Origin: an uncultured Hyphomicrobiales bacterium
Lineage (GTDB): Bacteria > Pseudomonadota > Alphaproteobacteria > Rhizobiales > Xanthobacteraceae
Assembly (NCBI GenBank): GCA_964479515.1
Contig: CAYZMR010000001.1
Location: forward strand, 6,498 to 70,497
DNA length: 64,000 bases
Direction: 5' to 3'
Shown: piece after piece, positions 8,428-16,753 of the stretch
How positions within the stretch are numbered: position 1 is the stretch's first letter
Layout of the letters: every line of letters begins with the position of its first letter
The notes under the pieces: generated by a model
Seen by the model: the letters and a program-made list of their open reading frames with translations, nothing else
What the model was told of the DNA's origin: nothing
Databases searched by the model: none
Translations under genes and position numbers: made by a program

Positions 8428-9826
8428 GTCGCGCCCCTATATCTTCTGGGGCCAGACACAGTCTCTCTGCGAGACCTGCCTCACGCTCGTGCCGGCCAAG
8501 ATCGAAATCCACGGCAACGAGGTCTGGTACGAGAAGCGCTGCCGCCAGCACGGCGTACAGTCGACGCTGGTCTCGACCGACGCGGCCTATTGGCGCATGT
8601 GCAAGGACTACATCAAGCCGGGCGACCGCCCGCTCGCGTTCCAGAACAAGACCGAATATGGCTGCCCTTACGACTGTGGCCTCTGCCCTGACCACGAGCA
8701 GCATTCCTGCCTGGCGCTGATCGAGATCAACGAGCACTGCAATCTCACCTGCCCGGTGTGCTTTGCCGAATCCTCGCCGGCGAAATCGAAGCACCTGTCG
8801 GTCGCGACCGTGTCGCGCATGCTCGACGCGCTGGTCGCGAGCGAAGGCGAACCGGACCTGCTGCAGATTTCCGGCGGCGAGCCGACCTTGCATCCGGACT
8901 TCTTCGACATTCTCGACGCGGCGCGCGCGCGGCCGATCCGCCACGTGATGATCAACACCAACGGCCTGCGCATCGCGCGCGAGCCGGATTTCGTCGCGCA
9001 GCTCGCCGAGCGCAAGCGCGGGCTGGAGATCTATCTGCAATTCGACTCGCTGCAACGCGACGCGCTGATGAACCTGCGCGGCGCCGACCTGCGGCGCGTG
9101 CGCCACGACGCGCTGCAAAACCTAGAACGGCACGGCATCTCGACGACGTTGGTCGTCACCGTAAAGCGCGGCGTCAACGAGGCCGAGATCGGCGCCATCG
9201 TGCGCCATGCGCTGCAGTGGCGTTGCGTGCGCGGCGTGACCTTCCAGCCGGTGCAGGATACCGGCCGCAACGAGAACTTCGATGCGAAACGCGACCGCGT
9301 GCTGCTCTCCGACATCCGCCGCGCCGTGATCGAGGACTCCGACGTGTTCGGCGCCGGCGACATGATCCCGCTCCCGTGCAATCCCGAGCAGATCTCGATC
9401 GCCTACGGCCTGCGCAGCGGCGCGTCGGTGCTGCCGGTCACCTCGATGGTGTCGCGCGAAGAGCTCGTCTCCGTGATGCCGAACACGATCAATTTCGAGA
9501 AGCAGCCGATCCTGCGCGAGAAGTTCATCGAACTGTTCTCGCTCTCGTCCGGCCCGAACAATTCCGCCGAGCGCTTGCATGAATTCCTGTGCTGCCTGCC
9601 GAAGGTGCAGGCGCCGGCGGCGCTCTCCTACGACAACGTGTTCCGCGTCGCGATCGTGCAGTTCATGGACCGCTTCAATTTCTGCGTCGGCGGCGTGAAG
9701 CGCTCCTGCATCCACTTCGTGACGCCGAACGGGCAGATCATTCCGTTCGACACCTTCAACCTGTTCTACCGCGACGGCCGCATCGACAAGATCCGCGCCG
9801 CGATCAAGGCCGAGGCAACCGCATGA
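8402..9826 (+). CDS. radical SAM protein with N-terminal Cys-rich zinc-ribbon/auxiliary-cluster region (MJ0619 / tetraether-synthase-like architecture)
   Basis: 474-aa ORF starting at GTG 8402 or ATG 8408. Motifs: CETC...CRQH, CPYDCGLCPDHEQHSC, canonical CNLTCPVC, ISGGEPTLH, and C-terminal CIHFVTPNGQIIPFDTFN. Overlaps the Lgt-like gene by 20-26 nt. Confidence 0.85.
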   Translation: MFMNAPLRKSRPYIFWGQTQSLCETCLTLVPAKIEIHGNEVWYEKRCRQHGVQSTLVSTDAAYWRMCKDYIKPGDRPLAFQNKTEYGCPYDCGLCPDHEQHSCLALIEINEHCNLTCPVCFAESSPAKSKHLSVATVSRMLDALVASEGEPDLLQISGGEPTLHPDFFDILDAARARPIRHVMINTNGLRIAREPDFVAQLAERKRGLEIYLQFDSLQRDALMNLRGADLRRVRHDALQNLERHGISTTLVVTVKRGVNEAEIGAIVRHALQWRCVRGVTFQPVQDTGRNENFDAKRDRVLLSDIRRAVIEDSDVFGAGDMIPLPCNPEQISIAYGLRSGASVLPVTSMVSREELVSVMPNTINFEKQPILREKFIELFSLSSGPNNSAERLHEFLCCLPKVQAPAALSYDNVFRVAIVQFMDRFNFCVGGVKRSCIHFVTPNGQIIPFDTFNLFYRDGRIDKIRAAIKAEATA

Positions 9827-10089
9827 GCGAGCCGAACAGTCCGACACCGCGTCCGCCGGGCCCTTCGGGCGGTCAGGTTGCGATGATCGTCGTCGGCGTG
9901 ATCCTGCTGCTGCCGGGCCTGTGCTCGCTTCTGCTTCTCATCGGCGCGCTACCGGAGCTCCATGGGAGCACGCTCTCCGATCCGATCTCGCAGATGATCT
10001 TCCTGCTCTGGGGCGTCTGCTTTGCGGTCTCGGCCTTCGGCATCGTGCTGATCGTGATGGCGCGCCGGCGCGCGCAAAGGCCGCCATGA
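9823..10089 (+). CDS. small two-TM membrane protein (88 aa), hypothetical
   Basis: ATG 9823 inside track ORF 9589..10089, with an ATGA overlap on the radical SAM stop. Pro-rich N-terminus, two hydrophobic helices, basic C-terminus. Confidence 0.6.
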   Translation: MSEPNSPTPRPPGPSGGQVAMIVVGVILLLPGLCSLLLLIGALPELHGSTLSDPISQMIFLLWGVCFAVSAFGIVLIVMARRRAQRPP

Positions 10090-10189
10090 GCGTGCCCGGC
10101 AGCCTGATGTTGATACGGCGGCCCGCGCGCCGTTAAGCCAAGCGCCGTAAAACGCCAGCCTACGGATTGCCATCCGGCCGCCGATGACT

Positions 10190-10206
10190 ATATTGCGGTG
10201 CAATAT
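10190..10206. promoter_or_regulatory. perfect 7-3-7 palindrome upstream of typA (operator-like)
   Basis: ATATTGC-GGT-GCAATAT, ending 41 nt upstream of the typA ATG. Confidence 0.3.
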
Positions 10207-10246
10207 CGATCCGCTTTGCGGCGGCCATACACCCCCGGAACCACAC

Positions 10247-12073
10247 ATGAATCTTCGAAACGTGGCGATCATCGCCCACGTCGACCATGGCAAGACCACG
10301 CTGGTCGACCGCTTGCTGCAGCAATCCGGCTCGTTCCGGGAGAACCAGCGCGTCGCGGAGCGCGCGATGGATTCCAACGATTTGGAGCGCGAGCGCGGCA
10401 TCACGATCCTCGCCAAGGCGACCTCGATCCAGTGGGGTGAAACGCGCATCAACATCGTCGACACGCCCGGCCACGCCGATTTCGGCGGCGAAGTGGAGCG
10501 CATCCTCGGCATGGTGGATGGCGCGCTCGTGCTGGTCGATGCCGCCGAGGGACCGCTGCCGCAGACCAAGTTCGTGGTGTCCAAGGCCCTCAAGCTCGGC
10601 CTCAAGCCGATCGTGATCATCAACAAGGTCGACCGCTCGGACGCCCGCCCCAACGAGGTCGCCGGCGAAGTGTTCGACCTGTTCGCCGCGCTCGATGCGA
10701 CCGAGGAACAGCTCGACTTCCCGATTCTCTATGGCTCCGCCAAGCAAGGCTGGATGGCCGACAGCCCGGAGGGCCCGAACGACAAGGGCATGAAGCCGCT
10801 GTTCGACCTGGTGCTGCGCCATGTGCCGGCGCCCAAGGTGGAAGACGGGCCGTTCCGCATGCTCGGCACCATCCTGGAGGCCAATCCCTATCTCGGCCGC
10901 ATCGTCACCGGCCGCATTTTCTCCGGCTCGGTGAAGCCGAACCAGGCCGCCAAGGTGCTCGACCGGAGCGGCAAGCTGGTCGAGCAGGGCCGCGTCTCGA
11001 AGGTGCTGGCATTCCGCGGGTTGGAGCGGCTCGCGCTCGAGGAGGCGTTCGCGGGCGACATCGTGTCGATCGCTGGCTTCCCGGAGGCGACGGTGGCGCA
11101 CACCATCTGCGCGCCCGAGGTCGAGGTCCCGCTGCCGGCGCAGCCGATCGACCCGCCGACGCTCGCGATGACGTTCCGCGTCAACGATTCGCCGCTCGCC
11201 GGCACCGAAGGCACCAAGGTGACGAGCCGCATGATCCGCGACCGCCTGCTGCGCGAGGCCGAAGGCAACGTGGCCTTGCGCGTCTCGGCGTCCGGCGAGA
11301 ACGACGCCATGGAGGTCGCGGGCCGCGGCGAATTGCAGCTCGGCATCCTGATCGAGACGATGCGGCGCGAAGGCTTCGAGCTCTCCGTGTCGCGTCCGAA
11401 GGTGCTGCTGCGCCGCAGCGACGCGGGCGAGCTGGAAGAGCCGATCGAAGAGGTCGTCATCGACGTCGACGAGGAGCATTCGGGTGTCGTCGTGCAGAAG
11501 ATGTCGGAGCGCAAGGCCGAGCTGGTCGAGATGCGCGCCTCCGGCGGCCATCGCACGCGGCTTGTCTTCTTCGCACCGACGCGCGGCCTGATCGGCTACC
11601 AGGGCGAGTTGCTCACCGATACGCGCGGCACCGCGATCATGAACCGCCTGTTCCACGCTTACGCGCCCTACAAGGGCGACATCCAGGGCCGCCGGAACGG
11701 CGTCTTGATCTCCAACGAGCAGGGCGAGGCCGTCGCCTATGCGATGTGGAAGCTCGAAGACCGCGGCCCGATGATGATCGAGCCGGGCTGGAAGGTCTAT
11801 CGCGGCATGATCGTCGGCGAGCACACGCGCGACAACGATCTCGAGATCAATGTCCTCAAGGGCAAGCAGCTCACCAATATCCGCACGACCTCGAAGGACG
11901 AGGCGGTACGCCTGACCCCGCCGATCCGCATGACGTTGGAGAAGGCGCTCGCCTATATCGGCGACGATGAGCTGGTCGAGATCACGCCGAAGTCGATCCG
12001 GCTGCGCAAGCGACTGCTCGATCCGAACGAACGCAAGCGCGCCGAGCGCGTCAAGGAAGCCGAGAGCGTGTGA
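10247..12073 (+). CDS. typA: translational GTPase TypA/BipA
   Basis: ATG 10247 inside track ORF 10184..12073. MNLRNVAIIAHVDHGKTTLVD, DTPGHADFGGEVER and NKVDR G-motifs with full-length BipA architecture. Confidence 0.95.
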   Translation: MNLRNVAIIAHVDHGKTTLVDRLLQQSGSFRENQRVAERAMDSNDLERERGITILAKATSIQWGETRINIVDTPGHADFGGEVERILGMVDGALVLVDAAEGPLPQTKFVVSKALKLGLKPIVIINKVDRSDARPNEVAGEVFDLFAALDATEEQLDFPILYGSAKQGWMADSPEGPNDKGMKPLFDLVLRHVPAPKVEDGPFRMLGTILEANPYLGRIVTGRIFSGSVKPNQAAKVLDRSGKLVEQGRVSKVLAFRGLERLALEEAFAGDIVSIAGFPEATVAHTICAPEVEVPLPAQPIDPPTLAMTFRVNDSPLAGTEGTKVTSRMIRDRLLREAEGNVALRVSASGENDAMEVAGRGELQLGILIETMRREGFELSVSRPKVLLRRSDAGELEEPIEEVVIDVDEEHSGVVVQKMSERKAELVEMRASGGHRTRLVFFAPTRGLIGYQGELLTDTRGTAIMNRLFHAYAPYKGDIQGRRNGVLISNEQGEAVAYAMWKLEDRGPMMIEPGWKVYRGMIVGEHTRDNDLEINVLKGKQLTNIRTTSKDEAVRLTPPIRMTLEKALAYIGDDELVEITPKSIRLRKRLLDPNERKRAERVKEAESV

Positions 12074-12244
12074 ACCCGGTCGGCGGCGCGTCCTGATTCC
12101 CGCTCCGGGCGGACATCCCCGTTGTCAAGAGCCGGAACGCCGCAAGGCAGGCGGTGGTGCATCCGTGCCACGGTCGTCAAATCGTTAACCGTTCGTTAAC
12201 AGGGGGCTTGAATCCGCCCCTGCCCCTTTGCTTCAATTCAAATC

Positions 12245-12754
12245 ATGAGCACCACCCTCATCGAGATTCGCCGCGCCAAGCCAGCCGACGCCGCGGCGGT
12301 CGCGGCTGCCCATGATGCCGCGTGGAAGACCTCGTATCGGGGCATCATCCCGGGCCCGGAACTGGAGAAGCTGATCAACCGGCGCGGCCCGGGCTGGTGG
12401 GAGAACGCCATTGCCAAGGGCAGCCGGGTCGCGCTGCTCGGTTTCGGCGACCGCATCGGGGGCTATGCGAATTACGGCCGCAATCGCGCGCGCAGCCTGG
12501 TCTATGATGGCGAAATCTACGAGCTCTATCTGTGCCCGGAATTCCAGGGGCTCGGCTTCGGCCGCCGGCTGTTCAGCGCCGCACGCCGCGACCTGGCCCA
12601 GAGCGGGCTGAAAAGCCTCGTGATCTGGGCGCTGAGCGACAACGAGCCGGCGGTCGAGTTCTACCGCGCGCTCGGCGGAAAAGCGGTCGCGCGCTCCTCC
12701 GAGCGATTCGGGAGCAAGAGCCTCGACAAGGTCGCGTTCGGCTGGCAGGCCTGA
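12245..12754 (+). CDS. GNAT family N-acetyltransferase
   Basis: 169-aa ORF with acetyl-CoA binding block EFQGLGFGRRLF and a typical GNAT length. Confidence 0.85.
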   Translation: MSTTLIEIRRAKPADAAAVAAAHDAAWKTSYRGIIPGPELEKLINRRGPGWWENAIAKGSRVALLGFGDRIGGYANYGRNRARSLVYDGEIYELYLCPEFQGLGFGRRLFSAARRDLAQSGLKSLVIWALSDNEPAVEFYRALGGKAVARSSERFGSKSLDKVAFGWQA

Positions 12755-12779
12755 GCCGCTCTCCCCTCATTTTTGCTGT

Positions 12780-12881
12780 CGTCATGGTCGGGCTTGTCCC
12801 GGCCATCCTGATTGAGATGGTAGGTGTCCCGGCAATCGGGATCACCGGGACTCGGCGCTGCGCGCCGGCCCGGTGATGACG
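12780..12881. repeat. REP/MITE-like palindromic element, family 1 (~102 bp)
   Basis: Termini cgtcatgg...gtgatgacg. The reverse complement matches the copy at 31147-31252 over about the first 45 nt. The left arm equals the family-2 arm (cgtcatggNcgggcttgtcccggccatc). Confidence 0.75.
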
Positions 12882-12919
12882 AGGGGTTGGAGATTGAATG
12901 CCGCCCGCCAGACCGCTTC

Positions 12920-13804
12920 TTACACCGCCGGCTTTGGCAGTCCCGCGATCGCGCAAGCCGCGCGGACCGTGTTCACCAACAGGCACGCGATCGTCATCGG
13001 CCCGACCCCACCGGGCACCGGCGTGATCGCCCCCGCGACCTCGAGCGCCTCCGCATAGGCGACGTCGCCGACGATCCGGTTCTTGCCGTCCGGACCCGTG
13101 ACCCGGTTGATCCCCACGTCGATCACGGTCGCGCCCGGCCTGATCCAGTCGCCGCGCACCATTTCGGGCCGTCCGATCGCCGCGAACAGGACCTCGGCGC
13201 GGCGGCAGACCTCGGGCAGGTCGCGCGTCTTCGAATGCGTCACCGTGACGGTCGCGTTTTCATTGAGCAGAAGCTGGATCAGCGGCTTGCCGACGATGTT
13301 GGAGCGCCCGATCACGACCGTGTCCATCCCGGCCAGCGAAGAATGCACGCTCTTGGCGAGAAGGATACAGCCGAGCGGCGTGCACGGCACCAGCGCCGGC
13401 AGCCCGGTCGCGAGCCGGCCTGCGTTCATGGGATGGAAGCCGTCGACATCCTTCATCGGGTCGATGGAGTTGAGAACTTTCTGGCTGTCGATCTGGTTCG
13501 GCAGGGGAAGCTGGACCAGGATGCCGTGCACGGCGGGATCCGCGTTGAGCTTGGCGACGAGCGCGAGCAATTCGCCTTCCGTCACGGTGTCCGGCAGGCG
13601 ATGGTCGAACGAGCGCATGCCGGCCTCGACCGTCTGCTTGCCCTTGCTGCGCACATAGACGGCGCTCGCCGGATTCTCTCCGACCAGCACGACCGCGAGC
13701 CCCGGGACCAGGCCGTGCGCCTGTGAAAGCCGCGCCACTTCGGCCGCGACCTTGGCGCGCAGGTCGGCCGCGATCGCCTTGCCGTCGATGATGCGTGCGG
13801 TCAT
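12920..13804 (-). CDS. folD: bifunctional methylenetetrahydrofolate dehydrogenase / methenyltetrahydrofolate cyclohydrolase
   Basis: ATG 13804 inside track ORF 12920..13849. [31 protein letters not shown] and [10 protein letters not shown] FolD signatures. Confidence 0.95.
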   Translation of the reverse strand: MTARIIDGKAIAADLRAKVAAEVARLSQAHGLVPGLAVVLVGENPASAVYVRSKGKQTVEAGMRSFDHRLPDTVTEGELLALVAKLNADPAVHGILVQLPLPNQIDSQKVLNSIDPMKDVDGFHPMNAGRLATGLPALVPCTPLGCILLAKSVHSSLAGMDTVVIGRSNIVGKPLIQLLLNENATVTVTHSKTRDLPEVCRRAEVLFAAIGRPEMVRGDWIRPGATVIDVGINRVTGPDGKNRIVGDVAYAEALEVAGAITPVPGGVGPMTIACLLVNTVRAACAIAGLPKPAV

Positions 13805-13835
13805 GTGATGTCCCGTCTTTTCTTGCCGCGCTTCC

Positions 13836-14153
13836 TTAGCTCGCGCCAACGATCTTCTCCAGCGCCGCGCTCAGCGCCGCCACATCGCCCACGATTTTGA
13901 TCCGCTTGATGCGGGACGCGGCCCCACCGACGATTTCGACGCTACGCGGTGGGACGCCGGCGGCCTTGGCGAGGAGCCGGCTGAGCGCCGCATTCGCCTC
14001 GCCGTCGCTCGGCGCTACGCGCACGCGCGCCTTGAGCACGGCATTGCCGTCAGCCAAAACCTCGACGCCGTCGATTGAATCGCGTCCGCCTCTGGGCGTC
14101 AGCCGCACCGTGACGATGACGCCGTCCGCGACGGCGGTCCACGGCCGCGCCAT
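13836..14153 (-). CDS. yggU: DUF167 (YggU) family protein
   Basis: 105-aa ORF. V.V.L.PRGGRD...L...V...P.DGEAN pattern and conserved position between yggT and folD. Confidence 0.8.
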   Translation of the reverse strand: MARPWTAVADGVIVTVRLTPRGGRDSIDGVEVLADGNAVLKARVRVAPSDGEANAALSRLLAKAAGVPPRSVEIVGGAASRIKRIKIVGDVAALSAALEKIVGAS

Positions 14154-14157
14154 CCCG

Positions 14158-14448
14158 TCAGAGCACGTTGGGATAGATGTAGTAGATGATGACGCGCTCG
14201 ATCAGGAAAATGATCAGGATCAGGATCACCGGCGAGATATCGATGCCGCCGAGGTTGGGCATCAGCGAGCGGATCGGCCGCAAGGCGGGCTCGGTGATGC
14301 GGTAGAGGAACTCGCCCACGGTCGCGACGAACTGGTTGCGGGTGTTCACGACGTTAAACGCGATCAGCCAGGACAGCACCGCCGCCGCGATCAGCAGCCA
14401 GACGTAGATCTGCAGGGCGAGGAGAATGACGTCGAGAATCGCGCGCAT
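14158..14448 (-). CDS. yggT: YggT family membrane protein
   Basis: ATG 14448 inside track ORF 14158..14640. 96 aa, two TM helices, YggT-like sequence [18 protein letters not shown]. Confidence 0.8.
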   Translation of the reverse strand: MRAILDVILLALQIYVWLLIAAAVLSWLIAFNVVNTRNQFVATVGEFLYRITEPALRPIRSLMPNLGGIDISPVILILIIFLIERVIIYYIYPNVL

Positions 14449-14546
14449 GGACGCTTCCGTGTTCGGGCGTGGCGAAGATGTACCCGCAGCGGCGGCCCGG
14501 AACAAGGCGTGCGCGCGAGTGCCGAAAACCATGGGCGTCGCGCGCC

Positions 14547-14575
14547 TTGACACTCCCACCCCCCGGCCGTAAATG
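14547..14575 (+). promoter_or_regulatory. sigma70-like promoter (TTGACA-N17-TAAATG) upstream of tRNA-Ala
   Basis: Consensus -35 at 14547-14552, 17-nt spacer, -10 TAAATG at 14570-14575. About 50 nt upstream of the mature tRNA 5' end. Confidence 0.4.
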
Positions 14576-14632
14576 GCGCCATCGCTGGAGAGCCGCGCAT
14601 TGGCGCCGTTTGCCGCCATTTCGCGTCCTTTA

Positions 14633-14708
14633 GGGGCCATAGCTCAGCTGGGAGAGCGCCTCGTTCGCAATGAGGAGGTCGGCGGTTCGATCCCGCCTGG
14701 CTCCACCA
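14633..14708 (+). tRNA. tRNA-Ala: tRNA-Ala (anticodon CGC), CCA encoded
   Basis: Manual cloverleaf: acceptor GGGGCCA/TGGCTCC with the G3:U70 Ala identity pair, D-arm GCTC/GAGC, anticodon stem CCTCG/TGAGG with loop TTCGCAA, T-arm GGCGG-TTCGATC-CCGCC, 3' CCA. Confidence 0.95.
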
Positions 14709-14766
14709 GCCTTCGCCGCTTCGCGGCACCGGCTGGCAAGCCCGCAAAGACGGGCATGAAGGCTGT

Positions 14767-15984
14767 ATGGACACTCCCGCCTCCGTCCTGCGCCATCCGT
14801 CATTCGTGCTGTTCTGGTTCGCGCGGATCGCCGTCACGGCGGGCTACCAGATGCTCATCGTCGCGGTCGGGTGGCAGCTTTACGCGCTGACCAGCAACCC
14901 GTTCGACCTCGGGCTGATCGGTCTCATCCAGTTCATTCCGGCCATGCTGCTGTTCCTGGTGGTCGGACAGGTGACCGACCGCTATGACCGCCGCCTCGTC
15001 CTGATCGCCTGCCAGGCGATCGAGGCGGTCGCGGCCGCGACCTTGCTCGTCGCGTTCGCGACCGGCGCGATGAGCCGCGACCTGATCCTCGGCGTTGCGT
15101 TCATCCTGGGGGTCGCGCGCGCCTTCGAAGTCACGGTGATGCAGATCATGGTGCCGAGCCTCGTGCCGCTGGCACTCGTGCCGCGCGCGGTGGCGGGCTC
15201 CGCCAGCGCCAACCAGGCCGCGACGATCGCGGGGCCGGCGCTCGGCGGCTTGCTGTATGCGCTCGGTCCGGCCGTCGTCTACGCCACGTGCCTCGCGCTG
15301 TTCGCGGGCGCCGCCTTGCTGACGCTGCTGATCCGGATCGCGCGATCCGCGTCCACGCGCGAGCCCTTGTCATTGAGCACGTTCTTTGCCGGCTTTCGCT
15401 ATATCCGCCACCAGCGCGTCATCCTCGGCGTGATCTCGCTCGACCTGTTCGCGGTGCTGCTCGGCGGCGTCACGGCGCTGCTGCCGGTGTTCGCGCGCGA
15501 CGTCTACGCGGCCGGCCCCTGGGCGCTCGGCTTTCTGCGCGCGGCACCCGGCGTCGGCGCCTTGAGCATGGCGCTAGTGCTGACGCGCTGGCAGTTCGAG
15601 CGCGGCGCCGGCAAGATCATGTTCGCGGCGGTCGCGGCGTTCGGCCTTTCGACGATCGTGTTCGCGCTGTCGCATTCATTGATCGTCGCGCTGGTCGCGC
15701 TCGCGGTGCTCGGCGCCTCCGACATGGTCAGCGTCGTGATCCGCATGACGCTGGTGCAGCTCGGCACGCCCGACGCGGTGCGCGGCCGCGTGACCGCGGT
15801 GAACGGCCTCTTCATCGGCGCGTCGAACCAGCTCGGCGAATTCCGCGCCGGCACCATGGCGTCGTTGATCGGCGCGGTCCCGGCGGTGCTCGTCGGTGGG
15901 ATCGGGACATTGCTGATCGTCACGATCTGGACGCGGCTGTTCCCGGAGCTTGTGCGCATCGAGCGGCTGGAACAACAGGCCTGA
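14767..15984 (+). CDS. MFS transporter
   Basis: 405-aa ORF, hydrophobic throughout (about 12 helices), MFS-type N-terminus FVLFWFARIAVTAGYQM. Confidence 0.85.
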   Translation: MDTPASVLRHPSFVLFWFARIAVTAGYQMLIVAVGWQLYALTSNPFDLGLIGLIQFIPAMLLFLVVGQVTDRYDRRLVLIACQAIEAVAAATLLVAFATGAMSRDLILGVAFILGVARAFEVTVMQIMVPSLVPLALVPRAVAGSASANQAATIAGPALGGLLYALGPAVVYATCLALFAGAALLTLLIRIARSASTREPLSLSTFFAGFRYIRHQRVILGVISLDLFAVLLGGVTALLPVFARDVYAAGPWALGFLRAAPGVGALSMALVLTRWQFERGAGKIMFAAVAAFGLSTIVFALSHSLIVALVALAVLGASDMVSVVIRMTLVQLGTPDAVRGRVTAVNGLFIGASNQLGEFRAGTMASLIGAVPAVLVGGIGTLLIVTIWTRLFPELVRIERLEQQA

Positions 15985-16695
15985 TTATTCGGCCGCCGCG
16001 AGCTGGCGCGGTGCGTTCGCGAGCCAGTGATCGAGGAAATCCGACAGCCAGGCGCGGACCCGATGGTCGTAGACCGGCCGGTCCGCGAAATGCTCCGCGC
16101 GTTTCTTGGCGCCCGGCAGCTCCATGCGCGCCGCGCCGCGCGTGGTCCAGCGGCACATCATCGCGTGGGTCACTTCGGCATGGAACTGGATCGCATACCC
16201 GCTGCCGGCGCGGAACGCCTGGATCGGGAAGATATCGCCCTCCGCCAGCAACTCGGTCCCGCGCGGCAGGTCGAAGCCTTCGCGATGCCACTGATACATG
16301 TGGTCGGGCCAATCGCAGATCGCGCGCCCGGCCGCCGTCGGCTTGATCGGATAGTAGCCGACCTCGGCCTTGCCCTCGGGATGCGGCGCGACGCGCTCGC
16401 CGAGGTGCTTTGCCAGCATCTGCGCGCCGAGGCAGATGCCGAGGAAGGGCTTGCCCTCCTTCAACGGCACGCCGATCCAGTCGGTCTCGGCCTTGATGAA
16501 GTCGTCAGGATCGTTCGCGCTCTGCGGCCCGCCGAAGATCACCGCGCCGGCGTGTTCCGCCATCGTTAACGGCAGCGGATCGCCGAAGCGCGGCCGGCGG
16601 ATGTCGAGCGTGTAGCCGCGATCGCGCAGCACGTAACCGACCCGTCCGGGCGTCGACTGCTCCTGGTGCAGGATGATGAGAACAGCCTTGCTCAT
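15985..16695 (-). CDS. class I glutamine amidotransferase (GMP synthase-like GATase1 domain protein)
   Basis: 236-aa ORF with nucleophile elbow FLGICLGAQ and a downstream H/E pair (IQFHAEV). Confidence 0.85.
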   Translation of the reverse strand: MSKAVLIILHQEQSTPGRVGYVLRDRGYTLDIRRPRFGDPLPLTMAEHAGAVIFGGPQSANDPDDFIKAETDWIGVPLKEGKPFLGICLGAQMLAKHLGERVAPHPEGKAEVGYYPIKPTAAGRAICDWPDHMYQWHREGFDLPRGTELLAEGDIFPIQAFRAGSGYAIQFHAEVTHAMMCRWTTRGAARMELPGAKKRAEHFADRPVYDHRVRAWLSDFLDHWLANAPRQLAAAE

Positions 16696-16753
16696 GACTC
16701 CGCGGCGCGTGGAATATCCGGCTACTCGACTCCTAACCGGTTAGAAGACAATT

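Noticed and set aside
10160-11824. 554-aa antisense ORF opposite typA (similar cases: 31107-32603 opposite the SBP gene and 51685-53649 opposite hyuB)
   Set aside because: These lie opposite highly conserved genes, have low-complexity Arg/Asp/His-rich products, and lack ribosome-binding context.
14633-14708. tRNA-Ala as a possible genomic-island integration site
   Set aside because: There is no integrase, excisionase or phage/ICE gene on either side. I saw no duplicated copy of the tRNA 3' half elsewhere in the window. The flanks are conserved housekeeping genes (yggT-yggU-folD, MFS).
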